DNA of 64,000 nt from an uncultured Gammaproteobacteria bacterium (GTDB lineage Bacteria; Patescibacteriota; Microgenomatia; Daviesbacterales; UBA10151), in contig CAZVEX010000004.1 in assembly GCA_964625535.1 (NCBI GenBank), positions 38,166 through 102,165 of the forward strand, in the 5' to 3' direction. The position numbers and the translations under genes are program-made. Positions 17,965 to 25,920 of the stretch are shown one piece after another. The first letter of the stretch is position 1; the number at the start of each line of letters is the position of its first letter. Under the pieces are notes generated by a model, which was not told the origin of the DNA, did no database searches, and saw nothing but the letters and a program-made list of their open reading frames with translations.

Positions 17965-18540
17965 ATGGACATAAAACCTACCCTAGTGGCAGCGTGGTTT
18001 GGCGCTGTCCTCACATCTTTAATATTTGCTCTTTTTTTTCTCATCTATTTGTCAACCGATAAAATCATCAGCAGTCAAGATCAAAATTTCAAACTTTACG
18101 CGGCCCTGCCGCCCGACAATAACAGGTTTTCTCAAAATATTGTCTATCTGGACGCCAGATCGCTCATGGTAAAAAACTTTTTTCAAGGCTACCGTTCTCC
18201 TCTTTCCGAATTAAACGGTCTTTTTGTTGAAGTGGCTGATAAATACGGACTGGACTGGCGGCTTCTTCCCGCCATTGCCATGCAGGAATCATTGGGAGGC
18301 AAAAAGGTAATCAAAAATTCTTTTAACCCCTTTGGATACGGCATCTACGGCAATCTGGTCATCAAATTCTCGTCCTGGGAGGAGGCCGTGGAAAAAGTGG
18401 GCAAAGCTCTAAAACAGGATTATTTAAATCAGGGCCTAAACACTCCGGATAAAATCATGGCCAAGTATACTCCACCATCCCTTGAAAAAGGCGGAGCCTG
18501 GGCTAAAGGAGTTAAATCCTTCATGCAGGAACTTCAGTAG
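17965..18540 (+). CDS. GH73-like peptidoglycan hydrolase (glucosaminidase/FlgJ-like domain), membrane anchored
   Basis: N-terminal TM. LDWRLLPAIAMQESLGGKKVIKNSFNPFGYGIYG fits the GH73 pattern (AQAALESGWG…YNLFGIK). Paralog of the next gene. Confidence 0.5.
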   Translation: MDIKPTLVAAWFGAVLTSLIFALFFLIYLSTDKIISSQDQNFKLYAALPPDNNRFSQNIVYLDARSLMVKNFFQGYRSPLSELNGLFVEVADKYGLDWRLLPAIAMQESLGGKKVIKNSFNPFGYGIYGNLVIKFSSWEEAVEKVGKALKQDYLNQGLNTPDKIMAKYTPPSLEKGGAWAKGVKSFMQELQ

Positions 18541-18611
18541 ATTTGACTTAAAGCAAAAAATCTGCTATACTACCGGTTTCCCTGTACCAAGCGGTACGGG
18601 GTTTTTCTTTT

Positions 18612-19148
18612 ATGAACAAAAAAGTATTTCTTATCTTTTCGATATTTATTTCTTTGATTTTTGCCAACTCAAAAGTGTTGGCCGGCCCTGCTGTGGAAAC
18701 TCCTTCTTTGCAGATTGAAGCAAAACGATTAGACGAACAAGCCCAAGTCCTTTCGCAGTATTTAGCTTCCTATGATTCGCCTCTTCAATACCATGCCCAG
18801 GATTTTATTGACGCGGCCAATGAGTACAATCTTGACTGGAAACTTATTCCTGCCATTGCCGGTGTGGAATCCACCTTTGGCCGGTTTATTCCGGGAGGGT
18901 ATAATGCCTGGGGCTGGGGGGTTTACGGAAGCCAGGCTATTTATTTTAAGTCATGGAGAGAGGGCATTTTTGAGGTGGCCAGGGGGTTGAGAGAAAATTA
19001 TCTGGACCAGGGGCTCAAGGATCCTTATCAAATAAACAGGGTCTATGCCCAGTCTCCTCACTGGGGCAGGAAAGTAGCTTTTTTTATGAAAGATCTGGAC
19101 AGCTTTGTCAAAATAGCGGCTGTTTCAGGACAGCCCAATTTAAGGTAA
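18612..19148 (+). CDS. GH73-like peptidoglycan hydrolase, secreted paralog
   Basis: Signal peptide. LDWKLIPAIAGVESTFGRFIPGGYNAWGWGVYG. The C-terminal half can be aligned with the previous gene (…YLNQGLNTPDKI / …YLDQGLKDPYQI). Confidence 0.5.
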   Translation: MNKKVFLIFSIFISLIFANSKVLAGPAVETPSLQIEAKRLDEQAQVLSQYLASYDSPLQYHAQDFIDAANEYNLDWKLIPAIAGVESTFGRFIPGGYNAWGWGVYGSQAIYFKSWREGIFEVARGLRENYLDQGLKDPYQINRVYAQSPHWGRKVAFFMKDLDSFVKIAAVSGQPNLR

Positions 19149-19149
19149 A

Positions 19150-20409
19150 ATGCCTCATATGCGGTTTTTACTGGCAATTCTGGTCGGTAAAATTATTGCT
19201 CGCTTGACCAGATTTTTCCATATCGGCGGCGGTTCGGCCGCTCCCGGTTTATTCGCTCTGCGAATTTATCCTGGGCTTGTCGAAGAGTTATCTAAAAAGA
19301 TTCCCAAAAATATAGTTGTCACCGGCACCAACGGCAAAACGACCACTGCCAGAATGTTAACCCATTTGGTTACCGGAGCCGGCCTAAAAGTAACGAGAAA
19401 CCATACCGGATCTAATCTGGAGCGAGGGATTGCATCTACCTTAATTAATTATTCGCGCGATACTGATCTTGGAATATGGGAGCTGGATGAAGCGGCTTTT
19501 AATACAGTAACTCCTAAAATAAAACCAGATGTAATTGTTTTTCTGAATGTTTTTAGAGATCAACTGGACAGGTATGGGGAGATAAATACGGTGGTTAAAA
19601 ACTGGTGTCAAACGTTAAAAAGCTTGCCCAAAAAAACAATTGTTTTAGTAAACGGCGACGATGCCAATACTTTAAAGCTTAAATCCTGTTTTAAGGACAA
19701 AGTGGAAACTTTTGGGGTGGAAAATTATAAAATTTCCGGGGAAAGCGTGGAACATAAAACTAAAAACTTAAAACTAAATTTTGAAGCTAAAAATATAAAA
19801 CTAAATGGGCTTGAAGGATCAAGCTTTAAATTATTCGTAAATCATAAATCATTAATCATAAATCTTCCTTTACCGGGTATTTATCATATTTATAATGCGC
19901 TAGCAGCTATTGCTTGTGCTTATCATATGCAACTGCCGATACACCGATACATTGAAACATTAAAGCACTTCCAACCTGCTTTTGGCAGAGTAGAAAAACT
20001 ACCCTTTGGTTATATTTTTTTGATTAAAAATCCTGCCGGAGCTACCCAGGTTTTTGAAACCATATCACCTATTATTAAATCCAATGACAGATTGCTTTTG
20101 GCTTTAAATGACAATATAGCCGATGGCACTGATGTATCATGGATCTGGGACGCTGAATTTGAGCATCTACCAAAAACTCATACTTATGTTTCCGGAAAAA
20201 GAGCCTATGATTTGGCAGTCAGGCTTAAATATGCAGGTTTTGATCCCAAACATATTATGGTTGAGCCAAACCTAAAAAAGGCTCTGAAACAGGCCAGGAA
20301 GGCTCTAAAAGGCTCCCTTTTCATCTTGCCTACCTATACAGCCATGCTTGAATTACAAAAGATTTTAGCTAAACAGGGTTTGAAAAAACACTACTGGGAA
20401 AATATATGA
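19150..20409 (+). CDS. murT: Lipid II isoglutaminyl synthase, Mur-ligase-like subunit MurT
   Basis: GTNGKTTT P-loop, FRDQLDRYGEI, NPAG, and LNDNIADGTDVSWIWDAEFE (the DUF1727 signature shared with S. aureus MurT). Confidence 0.85.
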   Translation: MPHMRFLLAILVGKIIARLTRFFHIGGGSAAPGLFALRIYPGLVEELSKKIPKNIVVTGTNGKTTTARMLTHLVTGAGLKVTRNHTGSNLERGIASTLINYSRDTDLGIWELDEAAFNTVTPKIKPDVIVFLNVFRDQLDRYGEINTVVKNWCQTLKSLPKKTIVLVNGDDANTLKLKSCFKDKVETFGVENYKISGESVEHKTKNLKLNFEAKNIKLNGLEGSSFKLFVNHKSLIINLPLPGIYHIYNALAAIACAYHMQLPIHRYIETLKHFQPAFGRVEKLPFGYIFLIKNPAGATQVFETISPIIKSNDRLLLALNDNIADGTDVSWIWDAEFEHLPKTHTYVSGKRAYDLAVRLKYAGFDPKHIMVEPNLKKALKQARKALKGSLFILPTYTAMLELQKILAKQGLKKHYWENI

Positions 20410-21104
20410 AATTAGTTATTGGTTATTTGTATCCGGATTTAATGAATATTTATGGGGATACCGGCAATATAATTGCCCTGCAAAAAAGAGCCCAGTGGAG
20501 AGGAATTGAAGTGCAAGTTAAAAACATTTCCATTGGGGATAAATTAAAAAAAGGGGAGTGTGATATTTTCTTTTTTGGAGGAGGGCAAGACCAACAACAG
20601 GAATTAGTAGCTAAGGATTTAATTAAAAAGGCTCATATCCTCAAACAAGAAATTGAGCGGGGAGTACCACTATTGGCCATTTGTGGAGGCTATCAACTTT
20701 TGGGGGATTTTTACAAACCACATAAAGGTCCAAGACTTCCCGGCATAGGACTATTCCCGGCCTATACTGTGGCCAGCTATGATCGGATGATAGGGAATAT
20801 TGTTATTGATTCTCAATTTGGCAAACTAGTAGGATTTGAAAACCATTCAGGAAAAACATATCTAAAACCGGGCAACCAACCCTTAGGGCAAGTTATCAAG
20901 GGTTTTGGCAATAACGGCGAGGACAAAACCGAGGGTTGTGTTTATAAAAACGCCATTGGCTGTTACATGCACGGCTCGTTACTTCCCAAAAATCCCCATT
21001 TGGCTGACTGGTTGCTGGAAAAAGCCCTAAAAATTAAACTTGAACCCCTGGATGATTCTTTGGAACTTCAGGCCCACCAAGCAGTTATAAAAAAATTCTG
21101 TTAA
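20406..21104 (+). CDS. gatD: Lipid II isoglutaminyl synthase, glutaminase subunit GatD
   Basis: NIYGDTGNIIALQKRA, CDIFFFGGGQD, catalytic LAICGGYQLLG, and GFGNNGEDKTEG…YMHGSLLPKNPHLADWLLEKA. Translationally coupled to murT by an ATGA overlap. Confidence 0.85.
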   Translation: MKLVIGYLYPDLMNIYGDTGNIIALQKRAQWRGIEVQVKNISIGDKLKKGECDIFFFGGGQDQQQELVAKDLIKKAHILKQEIERGVPLLAICGGYQLLGDFYKPHKGPRLPGIGLFPAYTVASYDRMIGNIVIDSQFGKLVGFENHSGKTYLKPGNQPLGQVIKGFGNNGEDKTEGCVYKNAIGCYMHGSLLPKNPHLADWLLEKALKIKLEPLDDSLELQAHQAVIKKFC

Positions 21105-21115
21105 AATATTCACGA

Positions 21116-21198
21116 GCCGGAGTGATGGAATGGTAGACATGCAGCGTTTAGGGCGCTGTGGGAGCAATCCCGTGGAGGTTCAAATCCTCTCTCCGGCA
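21116..21198 (+). tRNA. tRNA-Leu (anticodon TAG), type II
   Basis: GCCGGAGTGATGGAATGGTAGACATGCAGCGTTTAGGGCGCTGTGGGAGCAATCCCGTGGAGGTTCAAATCCTCTCTCCGGCA. Anticodon loop TTTAGGG. Confidence 0.8.
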
Positions 21199-21255
21199 CA
21201 ATATCTTGTATCTCATTTGACAACCGGCCATAAAGTAGTAAAATAACGACTCAAT

Positions 21256-21516
21256 ATGGCAAATCAAGCTTTTACAATACGAACAGCAAGAGAGGCTGGC
21301 GGAGCTTCTATAGGTACACCCCCAGAGACAGGTACAGCAAATTCAATACCTTTCACGGTTGAAGGAGCAGCTACCTTCCCTAACCCTATGCCACCTGCAA
21401 CTGATGATCCTTTACTTGGGCCGCCCAGAGCAGTAATACAAAATGAAGCGGCGCGAACACCTTTAACGAGTATACAACGATTAGCCTCTGAAGCAATAGG
21501 TGAAGTGAAACCCTGA
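21256..21516 (+). CDS. Hypothetical Pro/Ala/Thr-rich small protein
   Basis: An 86-aa ORF with no motif. Low-complexity composition. Coding status is uncertain. Confidence 0.3.
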   Translation: MANQAFTIRTAREAGGASIGTPPETGTANSIPFTVEGAATFPNPMPPATDDPLLGPPRAVIQNEAARTPLTSIQRLASEAIGEVKP

Positions 21517-21549
21517 AAAAATAACTAAAATAGTGTAAAATATACTTCT

Positions 21550-22170
21550 ATGAATGTTTTTGGCAGCACAAAAAGCAAAAGTATTAATTCCAGGAATATT
21601 TTAGGAGGAATCCCGGGTCTTTTTGATGAGGCAGATTTTGAAAAAGAAACTTCAGCACTTTCAACTACTATAGTTCAAGGTGCCGGTGGAATTTTTGAGG
21701 CAATTGTCAATTTAGGCCAGGATATATCGGGAGTTGAACCCAATAAAGAACCAAATGGGACAGAAAAATTTCCCTCAAAAGGCTCAATTGAATTTAATTC
21801 AAAACAGGCAGAAGCAAACAGAAAGAAAGCTTTTTATCAGGCTTTAAAAGATGATCAGGAGAGAGCTCAAAGGGCAAAGGATAAATTATTGTTTGAAGAA
21901 GAGATAAATGATATTGCCATCAATTTACCAACAGAGCAAAAAAATAGATTACTACACTATCAAGCCAATTATAGAGACATGAGCATCTATCAGCGGGCCG
22001 AACTCCGGAAAAAACTGATTGAGGAACAAAAAAAGGCAGACAAACAGCAAAAAGAAGCTTCTATCCCCAGTCCGACCAAACAACCCACTGCTATGCAAGG
22101 CGCTTTTGAAGGCAGAAGCGGAACCCAGGGTGGCGGCACAGCCAATATTTCTTTTCAAGCTGTAGGGTAA
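21550..22170 (+). CDS. Hypothetical protein with a charged K/E/Q-rich coiled-coil-like C-terminal half
   Basis: A 206-aa ORF with no recognisable motif. It is flanked by tRNA genes. Confidence 0.4.
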   Translation: MNVFGSTKSKSINSRNILGGIPGLFDEADFEKETSALSTTIVQGAGGIFEAIVNLGQDISGVEPNKEPNGTEKFPSKGSIEFNSKQAEANRKKAFYQALKDDQERAQRAKDKLLFEEEINDIAINLPTEQKNRLLHYQANYRDMSIYQRAELRKKLIEEQKKADKQQKEASIPSPTKQPTAMQGAFEGRSGTQGGGTANISFQAVG

Positions 22171-22179
22171 ATTTTGGTG

Positions 22180-22252
22180 TGGGCGGTACAGGACTCGAAC
22201 CTGTGACCTCATTCACGTCAAGAACGCGCTCTACCAACTGAGCTAACCGCCC
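22180..22252 (-). tRNA. tRNA-Val (anticodon GAC)
   Basis: Reverse complement GGGCGGTTAGCTCAGTTGGTAGAGCGCGTTCTTGACGTGAATGAGGTCACAGGTTCGAGTCCTGTACCGCCCA. Anticodon loop TTGACGT. Confidence 0.8.
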
Positions 22253-22310
22253 AAACTCAAGAATTTTATCACCTCTTTACATTACACTCAACCCAGCATA
22301 TCATGTAGGC

Positions 22311-23696
22311 ATGGATAAAAATCTGAAAGATCATAAACAATTAGGACAGGAACTTGAGTTGTTTTTTACAAATGATATTGCTCCAGGCGCGCCTTTTTGG
22401 CTTCCAAAAGGAATGGTTATTTTTGAGCAACTGGAAAAATATATCCGTGGGCTGACTGAAAAGGCGGGGTATTTAGAAACATCTACTCCGATCATGGTCA
22501 AATCCCAAATTTTCAAACAATCTGGCCATTGGGAAAAATTTGGAGAACACAATATGTATAATCTTTCGCTGTGGGAAGATGAAGAACTACAGGTAATAAA
22601 TGAACAATTACAATCAAAGAGTGGTGATATCGAGAAAAAGTTAGATGAAGCTAGACAGAAAAATATTCATCCACCCACTATAACCTATGAATTAACAATC
22701 AATGACTGCAAATATCCATTCACTTTTATTAAAAACAAGGAAGGATTTACTTTTCATCTTCCAGTAAATTACTCTCTAAAACCGATGAATTGTCCGGAAT
22801 CCACGATAATTTATAGATTTAGACCTCGAAGTTACAGAGAATTGCCACTTCGCCTTTCAGAAATTGGAAGGTTACACAGGAGAGAAAAAGCAGGAGAAGT
22901 AAATGGATTGCTGCGAGTTAGACAACTGACCATGGATGATGCGCATATTTATGCAACAGAGGATCAAATTTTTGATGAGGTATCAAACATTTTGGATATG
23001 ATGATTGCCTTTTACAAAAGTTTAGGTTTTGAATATGAGTTTAGATTAGCAACCAGGCCAGAAATTAGGGCTGGGAGTGATAAAAATTGGGATAAAGCAG
23101 AAAAAGATTTGGAAGAAGTTCTAAAGAAAAAAGGGATTAAAGCAGGAGATAAAAAAGGTAATGGAGCTTTTTATGGCCCTAAAATTGATGTATACATCAA
23201 GGACGCGCAAGAGAGGGAGTGGCAGTTAGCAACAGTCCAGCTAGATTTTCATCAACCAGAGGCATTTAAGCTAGAATATACAGATGAAAAAGGTAACAAA
23301 CAACAACCTATCATGATCCACAGAGCCATTTTTGGTTCTTTTGAAAGATTTATCGCTATTTTGACGGAACATTTTCAAGGATCTTTTCCTGTTTGGCTTT
23401 CGCCGGTGCAGGTAATTATTATTCCCATCAGCGAGAAGCATAATAAATATGCACAAAATGTACTCGAACAACTAAATAGCTCAAATGTCAGAGTAGAGAT
23501 TGACGAGCGGTCCGAAACGATGCAAGCTAAAATCAGAGATGGGCAGATGCAAAAAGTGCCTTACATGCTAATTGTGGGAGATAGGGAGGAAAAAGAAAAC
23601 AAAGTGGCTCTGCGAACAAGGGAAGGCGTGGACATAGGAGCTATAAATATGTTAGAATTTTTAAAGATTATGAGGGAGGCAGGCCCAACTGGCTAA
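22311..23696 (+). CDS. thrS: Threonyl-tRNA synthetase, catalytic plus anticodon-binding domains only (no N-terminal TGS/editing domains)
   Basis: DHKQLGQELELFF…GAPFWLPKGM, KPMNCP, class II motifs (YRELPLRLSEIGRLHRRE, RVRQLTMDDAHIY) and a C-terminal anticodon-binding domain. 461 aa compared with about 640 for canonical bacterial ThrRS. Confidence 0.85.
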   Translation: MDKNLKDHKQLGQELELFFTNDIAPGAPFWLPKGMVIFEQLEKYIRGLTEKAGYLETSTPIMVKSQIFKQSGHWEKFGEHNMYNLSLWEDEELQVINEQLQSKSGDIEKKLDEARQKNIHPPTITYELTINDCKYPFTFIKNKEGFTFHLPVNYSLKPMNCPESTIIYRFRPRSYRELPLRLSEIGRLHRREKAGEVNGLLRVRQLTMDDAHIYATEDQIFDEVSNILDMMIAFYKSLGFEYEFRLATRPEIRAGSDKNWDKAEKDLEEVLKKKGIKAGDKKGNGAFYGPKIDVYIKDAQEREWQLATVQLDFHQPEAFKLEYTDEKGNKQQPIMIHRAIFGSFERFIAILTEHFQGSFPVWLSPVQVIIIPISEKHNKYAQNVLEQLNSSNVRVEIDERSETMQAKIRDGQMQKVPYMLIVGDREEKENKVALRTREGVDIGAINMLEFLKIMREAGPTG

Positions 23697-23733
23697 GTTC
23701 TACCGTCTCAACGAGCATATCCAAGCGCCAAGC

Positions 23734-24267
23734 TTGAGGGTGATTGATCCCGAAGGCAAGCAGTTGGGTGTCATAACCCGCGCGGAAGCCCTGGAAAAAG
23801 CTAAGGCGTTAGAGTTGGATCTGATAGAAATAGCTGCACAGGCAGATCCTCCGGTGGCTAGAATTTTTGATTTTCAAAAATTCAGATACGAGGAAAGCAA
23901 AAAAGAAAGAGGCTCAAAAAAGGCCGGAGAAGGAGGATTAAAAGAGTTGTGGCTATCCCCACGGATAGCCGAGCATGACTTAAATGTCAGACTAGACAGG
24001 ACCAGAGAATTTTTAAATGAGGGCCATAAGGTTAAGTTAACTGTCAAGTTTAAAGGCAGGGAAATGGCTCATCAGGAGCTTGGACATAAAGTTTTACAGG
24101 AAGCGTTTGAGCTTCTCGGCGATAAAGCCGCCATTGAAAGAGAACCGAAATTTGAAGGAAGAAGGCTATCTATGATAGTAACAAAAATCAAAGGAGGCAA
24201 AAAAGATGAGCAAAATGAAAACCAGGAAATCAGTGCTGAAGAGAATAAAAGTGACGTCAAAGGGTAA
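23734..24267 (+). CDS. infC: Translation initiation factor IF-3. The true start is probably a non-canonical codon upstream.
   Basis: The listed ORF starts at TTG 23734 (RVIDPEGKQLGV…). The frame is open back to 23698 and encodes FYRLNEHIQAPS, which matches the conserved IF3 N-terminus (RINEEIRAPEV). The only candidate initiators there are ATC, CTC and similar codons. Confidence 0.85.
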   Translation: MRVIDPEGKQLGVITRAEALEKAKALELDLIEIAAQADPPVARIFDFQKFRYEESKKERGSKKAGEGGLKELWLSPRIAEHDLNVRLDRTREFLNEGHKVKLTVKFKGREMAHQELGHKVLQEAFELLGDKAAIEREPKFEGRRLSMIVTKIKGGKKDEQNENQEISAEENKSDVKG

Positions 24268-24403
24268 GCTGCTTCGCAGACACCAGCTGGGAGTCGGTCA
24301 TCTAAAAAGGAAAAAAAGCAAGGGAGCATTAAACAGACAAAAGAAAACCAGCGAATTTTTCAAAGGCGAGGCCAAGAGACTGCGAAAGGTAGTGGGGTTT
24401 TAG
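24206..24403 (+). CDS. rpmI: 50S ribosomal protein L35
   Basis: MSKMKTRKSVLKRIKVTSKGKLLRRHQ… is a basic 65-aa protein matching L35. It overlaps the infC 3' end. Confidence 0.8.
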   Translation: MSKMKTRKSVLKRIKVTSKGKLLRRHQLGVGHLKRKKSKGALNRQKKTSEFFKGEAKRLRKVVGF

Positions 24404-24541
24404 TATGGGCAGAGAAACCAAAACATTTAGACAAACAAAAAGATCAGGCTCGGCAGATTATGCCAACAAAAGCTATGCCCGTTTTAACAGGATGGGAAAC
24501 TGGAAATTATTTAATTTCTTTAAAAAAGGAGAGAAGGTTTA

Positions 24542-24883
24542 ATGGCACGGATCAAGCGCGGTGTTACATCTCACAAAAGACATAAGAAGATTCTAAAACT
24601 GACCAAAGGTCAGAGGGGGGGCAGAAGTAAGCTGATCAGAGAAGCAAAGTCTTCTTTGTTGCATGCCGGAGAGTACGCTTTTGCCGGCAGGAAACGCAGA
24701 AAAAGAGACATGAGAAGGCTTTGGATTACCCAGCTGAATGCGGCAGTCAAAACAGAAGGTTTAAGCTATTCCAAATTCATCAACAAACTTAAAACTAAAG
24801 ACATAAAACTTGATAGAAAAATCCTGGCTGATTTAGCAGTTAATCATCCGGAGCATTTTAAAAAAATAGTTGCAGAACTGTGA
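24542..24883 (+). CDS. rplT: 50S ribosomal protein L20
   Basis: MARIKRGVTSHKRHKKILKLTKG…RRLWITQLNAA is a canonical L20 sequence. Confidence 0.9.
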   Translation: MARIKRGVTSHKRHKKILKLTKGQRGGRSKLIREAKSSLLHAGEYAFAGRKRRKRDMRRLWITQLNAAVKTEGLSYSKFINKLKTKDIKLDRKILADLAVNHPEHFKKIVAEL

Positions 24884-25920
24884 AACAAAAAATTTCCCGA
24901 ATTCAAAATAAGTATTTAGAAAAAATCCAAAGGGCTACCAGCTTAAAGGAACTGGATGAGATTTTTTTGGCTCTTTTTGGAAAAAAAGGGGAGGTTGACA
25001 AACTCTCAAAACAATTTAGCCAAATTTCCAAAGATGAGCTAAAAACATTAGGACCAATATTTAATAAAATCAAGCTGGAACTGGAAAGGAAGATAAGAGA
25101 TAGGCGATCTGAAATAAGAGAAGAGGGCTACAGAAAATTAGATCGGGAAAAATTGGATTTGACCGCTGTCAAGATAAAAACCCGGCAGGGACATCTTCAT
25201 CCTCTTACCCAAATTGAACAGCAAACAGCAGAGATTTTCCAAAAAATCGGTTTTGCCCAGTTTGATGCACCTCATATTGACACTGACTTTAATAACTTTG
25301 AAGTATTAAATATTCCCCAAAATCATCCGGCCCGCGACCTGTGGGATACTTTATATATAATACCGGGTAAGCTTCTCCTTCGAACTCACACCTCCAACTC
25401 CCAAATCAGAATACTAAAACAGAATAAACCTCCAATTAGACTGATGAATATCGGCCGCTGTTTCAGGTATGAAGCTGTTGATGCCAGACACGAGCATACT
25501 TTTGAACAGTTTGAATTGGTTTATGTAGACAAAAATGTCAGTATGGCTAATCTGCAATATTTATCGGAATATTTTTTGAAAGCTATTTTCGGCCCAGAGA
25601 TTAAAGTTAGACTTAAACCAAAATATTATCCCTTTGTGGAACCGGGGGTAGGGGTGGATGGATTGTGTATTTTCTGCAAAGGGAAAGCCCGCCTGCCGGA
25701 CGGGCAGGGCTGTAAAGTTTGCGGAGGCGTTGGCTGGTTAGAACTGGCCGGAGCCGGAATGATCCATCCCAAAGTACTGAAAGCCGGCGGGATAGACCCT
25801 AACGTATACTCGGGAATAGCTTGGGGCTTTGGACCGCCCAGAATGGCTATGCTTAAATTTGGCATTGAGGACATCAGATTATTTAACAGCGGGGATCTGA
25901 AATTTTTGGAGAAATTTTAA
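24880..25920 (+). CDS. pheS: Phenylalanyl-tRNA synthetase alpha subunit
   Basis: HPARDLWDT, class II motifs (FRYEAVDARHEHTFEQFE, GFGPPRMAML), and a CxxC…CxxC zinc knuckle (CIFCKGKARLPDGQGCKVCGG). Confidence 0.9.
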   Translation: MKQKISRIQNKYLEKIQRATSLKELDEIFLALFGKKGEVDKLSKQFSQISKDELKTLGPIFNKIKLELERKIRDRRSEIREEGYRKLDREKLDLTAVKIKTRQGHLHPLTQIEQQTAEIFQKIGFAQFDAPHIDTDFNNFEVLNIPQNHPARDLWDTLYIIPGKLLLRTHTSNSQIRILKQNKPPIRLMNIGRCFRYEAVDARHEHTFEQFELVYVDKNVSMANLQYLSEYFLKAIFGPEIKVRLKPKYYPFVEPGVGVDGLCIFCKGKARLPDGQGCKVCGGVGWLELAGAGMIHPKVLKAGGIDPNVYSGIAWGFGPPRMAMLKFGIEDIRLFNSGDLKFLEKF

